64,000 nt of DNA from Pseudomonadota bacterium (GTDB taxonomy: Bacteria > Pseudomonadota > Gammaproteobacteria > Chromatiales > Chromatiaceae), in assembly GCA_034716535.1 (NCBI GenBank), contig JAYEJW010000243.1, positions 6,243-70,242 of the forward strand. Reading direction: 5' to 3'. The translations under genes were made by a program, and so were the position numbers. Positions 29,438 to 39,999 of this stretch are shown piece by piece (position 1 is the stretch's first letter; each line of letters begins with the position of its first letter). Below the pieces are notes generated by a model, which worked only from the letters and a program-made list of their open reading frames with translations, was not told the DNA's origin and made no database searches.

Positions 29438-30472
29438 ATGACCCGTTTTTCCGTGCTGTTGTCAGCGGTCTTAGCCGTCTGCTTGGTTTTACCGCCGACA
29501 CCGGTTCGCGCTACTGTCGCGGATGACGACGCGATCTACAGTTTCGACGATTCCCCCCGGGAAGAGCCGCTGGTCTATCCGGACTGGTTCAACGACAGCT
29601 TTCTTGACCTGGGGGACGACCTGAAGGATGCCGCGGATGCCGGCAAGCAGGGACTCATGGTCTACTTCGGTCAGCGTCGTTGCGCTTACTGCCACAAGCT
29701 CATGGACGTGAATTTCGGTCTGACCGATATCGTCGAATACACTCAGCGCCACTTCGACATTGTGCCCATCGATATTTGGGGCGTTGCGGAGGTCACCGAT
29801 CTGGATGGCGACCTCTTGACGGAGCGCGACTACTCGCTGAAGAAGGGCACCAGCTTCACCCCATCCATCGTCTTCTTCGACACCTCCGGCCGGGAGGCCC
29901 TGCGGTTGCGCGGCTACTACCCCCCCTACCAGTTTCGAGCCGCGCTGGAGTACGTGGCGGACGGCCACTATCAGCGCGAGTCCTTCCGCGACTACCTGGC
30001 TCGGGGGGAAGGGGGCATGGTCTTCGATTCCAGCGACCTCAACGACGAGGATTTCTTCGCTGCACCCCCGTTCAACCTGGATCGTAGTCGCTTCTCCAGT
30101 GAGCGGCCGCTGGCGGTGTTCTTCGAGCAAGGGGACTGTCACGCCTGCGATGTGCTGCACGGCGAGGCCCTGCGCGAGTCCGCTATTTATCAGCACTTCG
30201 AGCAGTTCGATAACGTGCAGCTGAATATGTGGTCGGACACCCCGATCATTACGCCCCAGGGCGAGCGGACGACTGCCAGGGACTGGGCCGCGGCCCTGGG
30301 GTTGTTCTACGCGCCCTCGATCCTCTTTTTCGACGAAGGGGGACGCGAGATCCTGCGCGTGGACTCGGTCGTGCGCTTTTACCGCCTGGGCAACGTGCTC
30401 AACTATGTCGCCAGCCGCGCCTATCTGGAGGAGCCGAACTATCAGCGTTGGCGGGTTACGCGGTCGCTCTAG
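29438..30472 (+). CDS. Secreted protein with two tandem thioredoxin-fold domains (CxxC in each)
   Basis: Signal peptide MTRFSVLLSAVLAVCLVLPPTPVRA. Domain 1 is LMVYFGQRRCAYCHKL...PSIVFFD..GRE.LRLRGYY. Domain 2 is LAVFFEQGDCHACDVL...PSILFFDEGGREILRVDSVV. SD GGAGG lies 6 nt upstream. Confidence 0.65.
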   Translation: MTRFSVLLSAVLAVCLVLPPTPVRATVADDDAIYSFDDSPREEPLVYPDWFNDSFLDLGDDLKDAADAGKQGLMVYFGQRRCAYCHKLMDVNFGLTDIVEYTQRHFDIVPIDIWGVAEVTDLDGDLLTERDYSLKKGTSFTPSIVFFDTSGREALRLRGYYPPYQFRAALEYVADGHYQRESFRDYLARGEGGMVFDSSDLNDEDFFAAPPFNLDRSRFSSERPLAVFFEQGDCHACDVLHGEALRESAIYQHFEQFDNVQLNMWSDTPIITPQGERTTARDWAAALGLFYAPSILFFDEGGREILRVDSVVRFYRLGNVLNYVASRAYLEEPNYQRWRVTRSL

Positions 30473-30531
30473 CGGTTTATCGAAGCGCGGGAAAAATCCA
30501 TCCTGGATTTCTCAGCGGTGCCCGGCCGACG

Positions 30532-31008
30532 TCATTCGCAGAATCGGTCGATGTATGCTTCGTAGGTCTTGCGCTTACGGCGCAGGACGACGCCCTTGCC
30601 GGCCTCGTAGCCGCGCCGGAGCTTCCAGTTGACCTCGTCGAGGAGCTGGCGTTTCTTCCAGCATTGCTCTTCGTTCCGCGCGGCGGGGGCAGGCTGCTTC
30701 GAGGCCGCGGTCCGAGGGTTTCCGCGGGGTTTCTTCGTTCGGTCCGCCCCGGCTTCCGACGGGAGCTCGGATGGCGTCCAGCCGGTTTTCCGGTCCTCCA
30801 CCGTGACCTCTCGCCCGCTCATGTCGGAGTCGCAGGGGTGCTGGCGAAACTCGATCTCTCCAAGCGAATTCGTACAGCGGTAAACCCTGGTCTGTGCGCC
30901 CAGGTCCACAGCAGTCGTTAGGAAGAGAGCAAGCATCGCCGCCGCGAACGCCGGGTACGATCTCCGGCGCATTGCAGACGTACAGGATTTGGTCGGTCGT
31001 TGGTCCAT
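30532..31008 (-). CDS. DUF4124-domain secreted protein
   Basis: Signal/anchor AFAAAMLALFLTTAV followed by VYRCTNSLGEIEFRQHPC (DUF4124 signature). The start may be the internal MRRRS at 30972. Confidence 0.65.
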   Translation of the reverse strand: MDQRPTKSCTSAMRRRSYPAFAAAMLALFLTTAVDLGAQTRVYRCTNSLGEIEFRQHPCDSDMSGREVTVEDRKTGWTPSELPSEAGADRTKKPRGNPRTAASKQPAPAARNEEQCWKKRQLLDEVNWKLRRGYEAGKGVVLRRKRKTYEAYIDRFCE

Positions 31009-31181
31009 GTCGCCCTGGTGTCCCTTACGCTACCTTTGCCGAAGTGTGCATGCCGTCGCCGGGGCTGTAAACAGCCGTTAACATATTCGAGCCGCCCTTT
31101 CGGCATTATGATCGATTGTCCGTGCTAACAAGACGGCCCATCTCGGGCCGAGCACCTAATCAAGTGGGAACCAGAGACAAG

Positions 31182-33284
31182 ATGCAGAGTCTTTATGTCG
31201 CCGGTGCCGGTTCCGGCAGCGGCAAGTCCGTTGTGGTCCTTGGCATCATGGAGATGCTGTCCGCGGTCAACCGCAGGGTGGGCTTCTTCCGTCCCGTGGT
31301 GCGCAGCGGCGTTGAGGAGGACGACCTCACCAGCCTTATCCGGAGCCGCTATGCGCTCCCGTTCGCACCCGAGATGCTCTATGGCTGTACCGCGGAGACC
31401 GCGCGCCAGCTGGTCGCCGGTGGGCACTACGACGAGCTCATCAAGCTTATCCTCAACAAGTTCAAGATGTTGGAGGAAAAGTGCGATCTGGTTGTGTGCG
31501 CCGGCACGGATTTCGACGGCGTCGTTCCCTCATTGGAGTTCGACTTCAATGCCGACATGGCCAACAACCTGGGGTGCCTGATCGTCGTCGTCGTGAAGGG
31601 ATTCGACCGGGGCCCAGAGGAGACCCTGGACGCCGTCCAGCTGGCCCACGAGTCGTTGTTGGACCGGGGCGGCGAGCTTCTGGCCACGGTGATCAACGGT
31701 GTTCCACCGGAGCATCTTGAGCTGCTGACGACCCGCGCCCGCAACGCGTTGCCGGATACCGAGCTCGTCTATGCGCTGCCGGAGCAGACAACACTCGGCA
31801 TGCCCACCGTGGGTGAGATCCGCAAGGCCCTGGACGCCGACTGCTTGTGTGGCGACGGGGACGCCATGCTGCAGGTGGTGTCGAACTACAAAGTGGCGGC
31901 CATGGAAGTGCCGGACTTCCTGAATTATATCGAGGACGGATGTCTGATCATCACTCCCGGCGACCGTTCGGACATCATCCTGGCCAGTCTGCTCGCCGAC
32001 GCGTCCGCGTCCTTCCCGCGGGTAGCGGGTCTGTTGCTCACCGGCGGATTGCAGCCGGCGGACAATGTGCAGAAGCTGGTGGAGGGTCTGCGGCGGACCA
32101 AGGTTTCCATCCTGCGGGTGCTCACGGATACCTTTACCACGGCCATGCACATCAATCAGGTGGAATCGACCATCCTGGCCGGGGACGAGCGTAAGCTCGC
32201 CGCCGCACTCGGTCTGTTCGAGTCCCATATCGACGTGTCGGAGCTGCAGCAGCGGGTGGCCGTGCGCCATTCGGTCCGGCGCACGCCGCTGATGTTCGAG
32301 TACGAGCTTATCCGCCGCGCCAAGTCCCAGCGCCGCCATATCGTGCTTCCGGAAGGCACGGACGAGCGGATTCTCCAAGCGGCGGAGATCCTCACTCTGC
32401 GCGACGTGGTGGACCTTACTCTGCTCGGCAACAGGGACAAGGTAGAGCGGCGTATCGCGGAGCTCGGCCTGAAGCTGGACGGTATCCCCGTCATCGACCC
32501 GGATTCGGCCCCGCAACGGGAGCGGTATGCCCAGACCTATTACGAGTTGCGCAAGCACAAAGGCATCTCCGAGCAGATGGCCTACGACTTGTTCGAGGAC
32601 GTCAGCTATTTCGGCACCGCGATGGTTTACCATGGCGACGCCGACGGCATGGTCTCGGGTGCCGCCCATACGACCCAGCACACGATCCGGCCCTCGTTCG
32701 AGATGATCAAGACGCGGTCGGACGTGCTGATCGTCTCCAGCGTCTTCTTCATGTGTCTGGCCGATCGGGTCCTCGTCTACGGCGATTGCGCTGTGAACCC
32801 CAACCCGAATGCGGAGCAGCTGGCGGACATCGCGATCACCTCCGCGGCTACCGCCGCCGCCTTCGGCATCGAGCCGCGGGTGGCCATGTTGTCCTACTCG
32901 ACCGGCGAGTCGGGCAAGGGCGCCGATGTGGAGAAGGTGCGCGAGGCGGTTCGCATTGCCCGCGAGCGGCGCCCCGACCTCAAGCTGGAGGGGCCGATCC
33001 AGTATGATGCGGCTGTCGATGTGGGCGTTGCGCGATCCAAGATGCCGGGCAGTGAGGTGGCGGGGCAGGCCACCGTCTTCATCTTCCCGGACCTCAACAC
33101 CGGCAACAACACCTACAAGGCGGTGCAGCGCAGTGCGGGTGCGGTGGCCATCGGCCCGGTGCTGCAGGGTCTGAACAAGCCGGTCAACGACCTGAGCCGC
33201 GGCTGTCTGGTTCCGGACATCGTCAACACCGTCGCCATTACCGCCATTCAGGCCCAGGAAAGCGGCACGACTTCCGCGCAGTAG
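31182..33284 (+). CDS. pta: Phosphate acetyltransferase (long form with N-terminal P-loop/DRTGG regulatory domains)
   Basis: ATG at 31182 gives MQSLYVAGAGSGSGKSVVVLG. The C-terminal PTA_PTB catalytic domain includes YSTGESGKG and GPVLQGLNKPVNDLSRG. Confidence 0.92.
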   Translation: MQSLYVAGAGSGSGKSVVVLGIMEMLSAVNRRVGFFRPVVRSGVEEDDLTSLIRSRYALPFAPEMLYGCTAETARQLVAGGHYDELIKLILNKFKMLEEKCDLVVCAGTDFDGVVPSLEFDFNADMANNLGCLIVVVVKGFDRGPEETLDAVQLAHESLLDRGGELLATVINGVPPEHLELLTTRARNALPDTELVYALPEQTTLGMPTVGEIRKALDADCLCGDGDAMLQVVSNYKVAAMEVPDFLNYIEDGCLIITPGDRSDIILASLLADASASFPRVAGLLLTGGLQPADNVQKLVEGLRRTKVSILRVLTDTFTTAMHINQVESTILAGDERKLAAALGLFESHIDVSELQQRVAVRHSVRRTPLMFEYELIRRAKSQRRHIVLPEGTDERILQAAEILTLRDVVDLTLLGNRDKVERRIAELGLKLDGIPVIDPDSAPQRERYAQTYYELRKHKGISEQMAYDLFEDVSYFGTAMVYHGDADGMVSGAAHTTQHTIRPSFEMIKTRSDVLIVSSVFFMCLADRVLVYGDCAVNPNPNAEQLADIAITSAATAAAFGIEPRVAMLSYSTGESGKGADVEKVREAVRIARERRPDLKLEGPIQYDAAVDVGVARSKMPGSEVAGQATVFIFPDLNTGNNTYKAVQRSAGAVAIGPVLQGLNKPVNDLSRGCLVPDIVNTVAITAIQAQESGTTSAQ

Positions 33285-33330
33285 CAAGCTTGGATCTGTG
33301 GCGCACCGAATGCTGCTCCGGCATACGTGT

Positions 33331-33379
33331 GGAGTGCGGAGTGCGGAGTGCGGAGTGCGAAGTACGAAGTAGGTAGTGC
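33331..33379. repeat. Heptanucleotide tandem repeat (7 units) in the pta-ackA spacer
   Basis: GGAGTGC x4 (33331-33358), then the degenerate units GAAGTAC, GAAGTAG, GTAGTGC. The 3' units pair with downstream inverted copies: GTGCGAAGTAC 33355-33365 with GTACTTCGCAC 33414-33424, or alternatively GTACGAAGT 33362-33370 with ACTTCGTAC 33402-33410. Confidence 0.9.
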
Positions 33380-33490
33380 AGGGCCTGTCAGAGCAGCACG
33401 CACTTCGTACCCCGTACTTCGCACGCGCGTCTCGTCCTGCGTCGGGCGTCGTACCGGGGGGTCTGAATCGGATATCTCGGAGCATCGACC

Positions 33491-34690
33491 ATGAAAGTCC
33501 TGGTACTCAACTCCGGCAGCTCGTCCATCAAGTACCAACTCTTCCGCAGCGAGGACTGGGAGTCCGTGGCATCCGGTGCGGTCGCCCGTATCGGCGAGAT
33601 GGAGAGCGACATGCGGGGCCGCTGGACGAACGCCAACGGGAGCAGCGATTCCTGCCGCGAGACCATGTCCATCCCCAGCCACCGGGAGGGACTCGAGCGC
33701 ATTGTCGCCAGGCTGCGCACAAGCGGCGTTCTGGCGGACCTCTCGGAGCTGGGCGCCATTGGTCATCGGGTCGTGCATGGCGGCGAGGCGTTTCACTGTC
33801 CCACGCTCATCGACGACGACGTGGTTGCGGTCATCCGCGACATGATCCCTCTCGCGCCGCTGCACAACCCGGCGAACCTGGCCGGCATCGAGGTGGCGCG
33901 CAGGCTCTTCCCCGGAGTGCCGCAGGTGGCTGTGTTCGACACCGCGTTCCACCAGACCATGCCGCGCACAGCTTACCGTTACGCGATCCCTGAGTATCTC
34001 TATCGGGAGCACCGGGTGCGCCGTTACGGTTTTCACGGCACCTCCCATCACTACGTGGCCAAGCGCGCGGCCGGCTTCCTCGGCAGGCCTTTGGAGGGTT
34101 GTAATCTGATTACTCTCCATCTCGGCAACGGTGCCAGCGCCACCGCCATTCGGGACGGCAAGAGCCTGGATACGTCCATGGGTCTGACGCCGCTCGAGGG
34201 GCTTGTAATGGGTACACGTTGCGGCGATATCGATCCGGCCATCCACTTCTACATCGCCAAGCACCTCGGGTTGGATAACGATACCCTGGACGATCTGCTC
34301 AACCGCCAAAGCGGTTTGCTCGGGATCTGCGGCGCCAACGACATGCGGGAGATCCACCGGTTGGCGGACGCAGGCGACGAGAATGCCGAGTTGGCGATCG
34401 GCATCTTCTGCCACCGACTGAGAAAGTACCTGGGCGCCTACTACGCGGAGCTGGGCCGGGTTGACGCAGTGGTCTTCACCGGCGGCATTGGTGAGAATGA
34501 CGGGGAAACGCGCGCCCGCACCTGCGCCGACCTGGGGAGTCTCGGCATCCACCTCGATGCCCGGGCCAACGGTTCCGGGAATCGGGGCGAGCGGGCCATC
34601 AGCGCGGCGACCAGCCCGGTCAAGGTGCTGGTCATCCCGACCAATGAGGAGCTGGAGATCGCCCAGCAGGCACTGCGGGCGGTTGCTTGA
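33491..34690 (+). CDS. ackA: Acetate kinase
   Basis: MKVLVLNSGSSSIKYQLF, GHRVVHGG, and FDTAFHQTMP motifs. 399 aa. Confidence 0.95.
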   Translation: MKVLVLNSGSSSIKYQLFRSEDWESVASGAVARIGEMESDMRGRWTNANGSSDSCRETMSIPSHREGLERIVARLRTSGVLADLSELGAIGHRVVHGGEAFHCPTLIDDDVVAVIRDMIPLAPLHNPANLAGIEVARRLFPGVPQVAVFDTAFHQTMPRTAYRYAIPEYLYREHRVRRYGFHGTSHHYVAKRAAGFLGRPLEGCNLITLHLGNGASATAIRDGKSLDTSMGLTPLEGLVMGTRCGDIDPAIHFYIAKHLGLDNDTLDDLLNRQSGLLGICGANDMREIHRLADAGDENAELAIGIFCHRLRKYLGAYYAELGRVDAVVFTGGIGENDGETRARTCADLGSLGIHLDARANGSGNRGERAISAATSPVKVLVIPTNEELEIAQQALRAVA

Positions 34691-35086
34691 TCCGGGATTT
34701 CGTAAGCGATGCCGCTCTCGCCGGGGGCCGGGGTGCGGTTTCCGGGTTCCCGCTTTGATTCCCATGTAAGAGACGACTTACAGGTTTTTCGGAAATGACA
34801 ATCCTGTTAAGAACCAGCTGCGATCTATACTTCGCTTCAGCTTCAAACTGAGGGTTCGAGCCAGAGCCGACGGTTCTGGACCCTCCGGGCCGAAGCCTTT
34901 CCCAAGAAAGACAAAGAAATGGAGGATGATGTGGCAGAACTGGGCTGCAGCGCAGGAAGAGCTAACGGTCGCGAGCGCCTGATCCGGTGTCATCCTCATC
35001 AAAGGGAGACACGCGCGCGCGGGGACTTGAGGAAACGCTGATTGACCCAGCGCTCCGGTAAGAAGTGCCAATCGTTCAGACAAGGA

Positions 35087-35117
35087 AGCCGCCCCCGAAG
35101 TGGTGTGTGGGGCGGCT
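35087..35117 (-). terminator. GC-rich stem-loop; possible terminator of the pstS-like gene
   Basis: AGCCGCCCC-N13-GGGGCGGCT (9-bp stem). On the minus strand it is followed by TTCCTTGTCTG, only moderately U-rich. It lies 146 nt after the pstS-like stop. Confidence 0.3.
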
Positions 35118-35262
35118 CATAAGGAGGAGTGGATGATTGCGATAGAAAAATACCGGTTTGAGATCTGCGGGTATTTGACAATTCGCAATCCGGTCATTCT
35201 TTTAGAAGGTTTTTCGCCCGTACCATCGAATCTTATGGTTTCCGCAAGGCGAGAAGCGACCC

Positions 35263-36312
35263 TCACTGGCGCTTTTCAACGAGCTCTCGAATCTTCTCCG
35301 CGTTGGCTTTGCGCTCCGGCGCCGGAACGGGGATCAGACCTCGGTCGATCAGGTATCCCTCCTCACCCGAGGCTCGCTCGTCCATGAGCTCGGAAAGGAA
35401 AGGCTCGAGTCCCGGGATCGAGTCCGCATGTGCGGCCTTGACATAGATGTACAGGGGGCGTGCGAGGGGGTAATCGCGGCTGTAAATGGTGTCGAAGGTA
35501 GGCTCGATACCTTCGATCTCGGAGGCTTGGAGCTTGTCCCGGTTTTGGTCGTAATAACTGAAACCGAAGATTCCGACGGCTTGGTCCGATTCGCCCACCT
35601 TGCGAACGATCAGGTTGTCGTTCTCACCCGTCGATGTGTAGGCGCCGTCCTCCCGGATAGCGCCGCACACCTGTCGGAATCGCTCGGGATCCGACTGAGA
35701 GAGCGCGCTCAGCCAGTCGAAGGACTTGCACCCCCTGATGAGCCCCCGCTCCACTAGCACGTCCCGAGTGCCCGAGGTAACTGGTGGACCGTAGACCTGA
35801 ATCGGAACGTCGGGTAGCGTCGGGTTTGTCTCCTTCCAGCTCTTGTAAGGGTTCGGGACCAGTTGTTCCTCGCCATTTGGGTCCGGTATCCGCCTGCCGA
35901 GGGCCAGGAAGAGATCCTTCAAGGTCAGGCGCAGATGCGGGCCCTTGCCCGCGGTGGCGAGGATGATGCCGTCCCACCCGAAGCGCAGTCCCAGAATATC
36001 GGATACCCCGTTTTCTTGGCATTGTTGCAGCTCGCTGGCGACCATTTCGCGGGATGCCAGCGCAATATCCGCTTCGCCGACGCCCACGCCTCGGCAGAAG
36101 AACTTGATACCGCCGCCGGATCCCCATGCCTCCACCTGCGGGGTCTTGAAATCGGTGGTTTTTCCGATGTGCTCGGCGACAACGGTCGCGAATGGGTAGA
36201 CGGTCGAGGACCCGACGGCCAGCACTTGGTCGCGGGCACCTGCCATGGGCGCGGCCGTGATCAGGGCGAGCGCGCAAAGCATCCTCGTGGCGGTCTTGCG
36301 TGTTTTCATCAC
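35263..36312 (-). CDS. PstS-family phosphate-binding periplasmic protein (orphan; no pstCAB adjacent)
   Basis: Signal peptide MLCALALITAAPMAGA, then LAVGSSTVYPFATVVAE and WGSGGGIKFF...ADIALASR, typical of the PBP_like_2/PstS family. Confidence 0.75.
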   Translation of the reverse strand: MMKTRKTATRMLCALALITAAPMAGARDQVLAVGSSTVYPFATVVAEHIGKTTDFKTPQVEAWGSGGGIKFFCRGVGVGEADIALASREMVASELQQCQENGVSDILGLRFGWDGIILATAGKGPHLRLTLKDLFLALGRRIPDPNGEEQLVPNPYKSWKETNPTLPDVPIQVYGPPVTSGTRDVLVERGLIRGCKSFDWLSALSQSDPERFRQVCGAIREDGAYTSTGENDNLIVRKVGESDQAVGIFGFSYYDQNRDKLQASEIEGIEPTFDTIYSRDYPLARPLYIYVKAAHADSIPGLEPFLSELMDERASGEEGYLIDRGLIPVPAPERKANAEKIRELVEKRQ

Positions 36313-36337
36313 TGTTGAAAGCTTCGCGGATCCGGTC

Positions 36338-37213
36338 TCAGCCGAGGTGCCGGGACCCGGGTAGGCCGAGGTCTTGCCATAGACGCAGGGTGGGACCGGC
36401 CTGGTTCATGGTGTAGAAGTGGATGCCTGGCGCTCCCCCATCGAGCAGGCGCCGACACATACCGAGCACGACGTCGTGGCCGAAGGAGCGGATACCGTCG
36501 ATGTCGTCGCCGTAGCCCTGAAGACGCTTGCGGACCCAGCGCGGAATCTCTGCGCCGCAGGCGTCGGAGAAGCGGGCCAGCTGCGTGAAGTTGGTGATGG
36601 GCATGACGCCCGGGACGACGGGGACCCGGATGGCGAGCCGCTCGCAGCTCTCCAGGAACGCAAAGTACGCATCGGCGTTGTAGAAGTATTGGGTGATGGC
36701 GGCGTCGGCCCCCGCCTCTACCTTGCGCTTGAAGTTCTTCAGATCCTGCTCCGCGCTGGGGGCCTGGGGGTGATATTCGGGATAGGCCGCCACCTCGATG
36801 CGGAACCGGTCCCCGGTCTCCTCGCGGATAAAGGCCACCAGCTCGTTGGCGTAGCGGAATTCGCCGGCGCCTCCCGCCCCCATGCCCGATGGCAGATCGC
36901 CGCGCAGGGCGACGAGTCGGTGGATGTCCTGTTCCTTGTAATGATGCAGGATCTCCCTGATCTCCACGCGGGAAGAGCCGATGCAAGAGAGATGGGGGGC
37001 CGTGTCGATGCCGCGCTCGCGCAACAGAGTGACGGTCTCGAAGGTACGTTCCCGGGTGGAACCGCCTGCTCCGTAGGTGACCGAGAAATACCCGGGCGCA
37101 ACGGCGTCCAGGCTCTGCACGTTGCCCTTGAGCTTCTCCATGCCCTCCGGCGTCTTGGGCGGGAAAAGCTCGAAGCTGTACGTCTTGTCGTCTTGTCGTT
37201 TCATGAGGGTCAA
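36338..37213 (-). CDS. metF: 5,10-methylenetetrahydrofolate reductase
   Basis: YSFELFPPKT...FSVTYGAGGSTRERT...LSCIG; a 291-aa MetF layout. Confidence 0.9.
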   Translation of the reverse strand: MTLMKRQDDKTYSFELFPPKTPEGMEKLKGNVQSLDAVAPGYFSVTYGAGGSTRERTFETVTLLRERGIDTAPHLSCIGSSRVEIREILHHYKEQDIHRLVALRGDLPSGMGAGGAGEFRYANELVAFIREETGDRFRIEVAAYPEYHPQAPSAEQDLKNFKRKVEAGADAAITQYFYNADAYFAFLESCERLAIRVPVVPGVMPITNFTQLARFSDACGAEIPRWVRKRLQGYGDDIDGIRSFGHDVVLGMCRRLLDGGAPGIHFYTMNQAGPTLRLWQDLGLPGSRHLG

Positions 37214-37301
37214 CCCGCCGAGGCGCCGAAGACGCCAAGGTCATATTGGAATTGGGCACCGGTCGCACGGGGCAAGCCCCCGAGCGCCGCGCAACCCACC
37301 G

Positions 37302-38717
<1,416 letters not shown>

Positions 38718-38732
38718 CTCCGGTGAATATCA

Positions 38733-38808
38733 GAGTGAGCGCCGTTAGAAAGGGTGTCCTTCTACCGAGCCTGGCGGGTCCTGACCCGTCGCAGCGCTCC
38801 TCCGTGAA
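38733..38808 (-). promoter_or_regulatory. SAH riboswitch in the ahcY leader
   Basis: The minus-strand RNA reads CACGGAGGAGCGCUGCGAC-GGGUC-AG-GACCC-GCCAGGCUCGG...(23 nt)...AACGGCGCUCAC. This reproduces the conserved AGGAGCGCUGC / CAGGCUCGG / AACGGCGCUC blocks and the P2 hairpin of the S-adenosylhomocysteine riboswitch class as I recall it. It ends 17 nt before the ahcY ATG, close to the SD (CCGGAG). Confidence 0.75.
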
Positions 38809-38829
38809 AGAAAAAAGACAATTCAGAAA

Positions 38830-39999
38830 TTAGAGTCCCGCGGCATCACGCAGGGCCGCGGCCTTGTCCGTGCGTTCCCAGGTGAACTCCGGCTCCTCGC
38901 GCCCGAAGTGGCCGTAAGCGGCCGTCTTCCGGTAGATAGGCCGGACCAGGTCGAGCATCTGGATGATGCTGTAGGGCCGCAGGTCGAAGTGCTCCCTGAC
39001 CAGGGCGGCGATCCGGTCCTCCGGAATCTTTCCTGTGCCGAATGTGTCGATCGTGATCGAGGTCGGCTCCGCCACGCCGATGGCGTAGGAGATCTGGATC
39101 TCGCAGCGCTCCGCAAGGCCCCCTGCCACGATGTTCTTTGCAACGTAGCGACCGGCATAGGTGGCCGAGCGATCCACCTTGGAGGGGTCCTTGCCTGAGA
39201 ACGCGCCGCCGCCATGGCGGGCGGAGCCGCCGTACGTGTCGACGATGATCTTACGCCCCGTCAGGCCGCAGTCCCCCACCGGGCCACCGATGATGAAGCT
39301 GCCGGTGGGATTGATATGGAACTTGGTGTCGCCGTGGATCCATTCCTCCGGTAGTACGGGCAGGACGATGTTCTCCATCACCGCCTCGCGCAGGTGCTTG
39401 TAGTCGACGTCCGGATCATGCTGGGTGGAGAGCACCACTGCGTCCACGGCCTTCACCTTGCCCCCCACGTAGCGCAGCGTCACCTGGCTCTTGGCGTCGG
39501 GCCTCAGCCAGGGCAGCACGCGGGCCTTGCGCATCTCGGACTGGCGTTGGACCAGGCGGTGAGCGAAGGTGATGGGCGCGGGCATAAGCACGTCCGTCTC
39601 GTTCGTGGCGTAGCCGAACATCAGCCCTTGGTCGCCTGCGCCCTGCTCCTCCGGGCTGAGACGATCCACTCCCTGAGCGATGTCCCCCGATTGTTTTCCG
39701 ATCAAGGAGATCACCGCGCAGGTCGACCCGTCGAAACCGACGTCCGAGCTCGTGTAACCGATGTCGGTGACCACCCCTCGAACTAGATCGTCGAGGTCGA
39801 CCCAGGCGTCGGTGGTGATTTCTCCCGCGACGATCACGGCGCCGGTCTTGACCATGGTCTCGCAGGCCACCCGTGCACGCTCCGGGTTCGGATCCTTGGT
39901 CAGGATCGCATCGAGCATGGCGTCCGAGATCTGATCCGCCACCTTGTCCGGATGCCCCTCGGAGACCGATTCGGACGTGAAAATAAAGTCTTCTGCCAT
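38830..39999 (-). CDS. metK: S-adenosylmethionine synthetase
   Basis: [32 protein letters not shown], and [16 protein letters not shown]. 389 aa. Confidence 0.97.
   Translation of the reverse strand: MAEDFIFTSESVSEGHPDKVADQISDAMLDAILTKDPNPERARVACETMVKTGAVIVAGEITTDAWVDLDDLVRGVVTDIGYTSSDVGFDGSTCAVISLIGKQSGDIAQGVDRLSPEEQGAGDQGLMFGYATNETDVLMPAPITFAHRLVQRQSEMRKARVLPWLRPDAKSQVTLRYVGGKVKAVDAVVLSTQHDPDVDYKHLREAVMENIVLPVLPEEWIHGDTKFHINPTGSFIIGGPVGDCGLTGRKIIVDTYGGSARHGGGAFSGKDPSKVDRSATYAGRYVAKNIVAGGLAERCEIQISYAIGVAEPTSITIDTFGTGKIPEDRIAALVREHFDLRPYSIIQMLDLVRPIYRKTAAYGHFGREEPEFTWERTDKAAALRDAAGL

Noticed and set aside
30486-30512. Short palindrome AAATCCA-TCC-TGGATTT between the convergent Trx-fold and DUF4124 genes
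   Set aside because: The stem is only 7 bp, AT-rich, with a 3-nt loop, which is too weak to call a terminator.
33331-33379. Possible CRISPR array or minisatellite
   Set aside because: The units are 7 nt with no spacers, and no cas genes are present. This is a simple tandem repeat, not a CRISPR array.
31530-33485. 651-aa minus-strand ORF covering almost all of pta
   Set aside because: It is antisense to a gene with unmistakable Pta motifs. Its composition is dominated by Arg/Gly/His/Leu/Val, as expected from reading a GC-rich gene backwards. I found no motif and no SD, so it is a shadow ORF.
33248-34765. 505-aa minus-strand ORF opposite ackA
   Set aside because: ackA on the plus strand is unambiguous, and the antisense translation has no recognisable domain.
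34845-34875. tRNA-like T-loop string GGGTTCGAGCC
   Set aside because: The flanks cannot form an acceptor, D or anticodon stem. The GGTTCGA-like match lacks the following TCC and a 3' acceptor complement.
34778-35083. 101-aa minus-strand ORF in the ackA/pstS gap
   Set aside because: I found no SD and no recognisable family. The composition is not protein-like, and it lies in a lower-GC region that looks non-coding. The region is kept only as part of the gap finding.
35133-35387. ORF behind a strong SD (AAGGAGG-N5-ATG) running antisense into the pstS-like gene
   Set aside because: Only the first ~40 codons lie outside the pstS-like gene. The remainder is a GC-shadow extension and no family was recognised. 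A short peptide cannot be excluded, but there is not enough support to call it a feature.
36309-37268. 319-aa minus-strand ORF overlapping metF in another frame
   Set aside because: The metF frame (36338-37213) carries the MetF motifs. The alternative frame is Arg/Pro/Gly-rich and bridges two intergenic regions.
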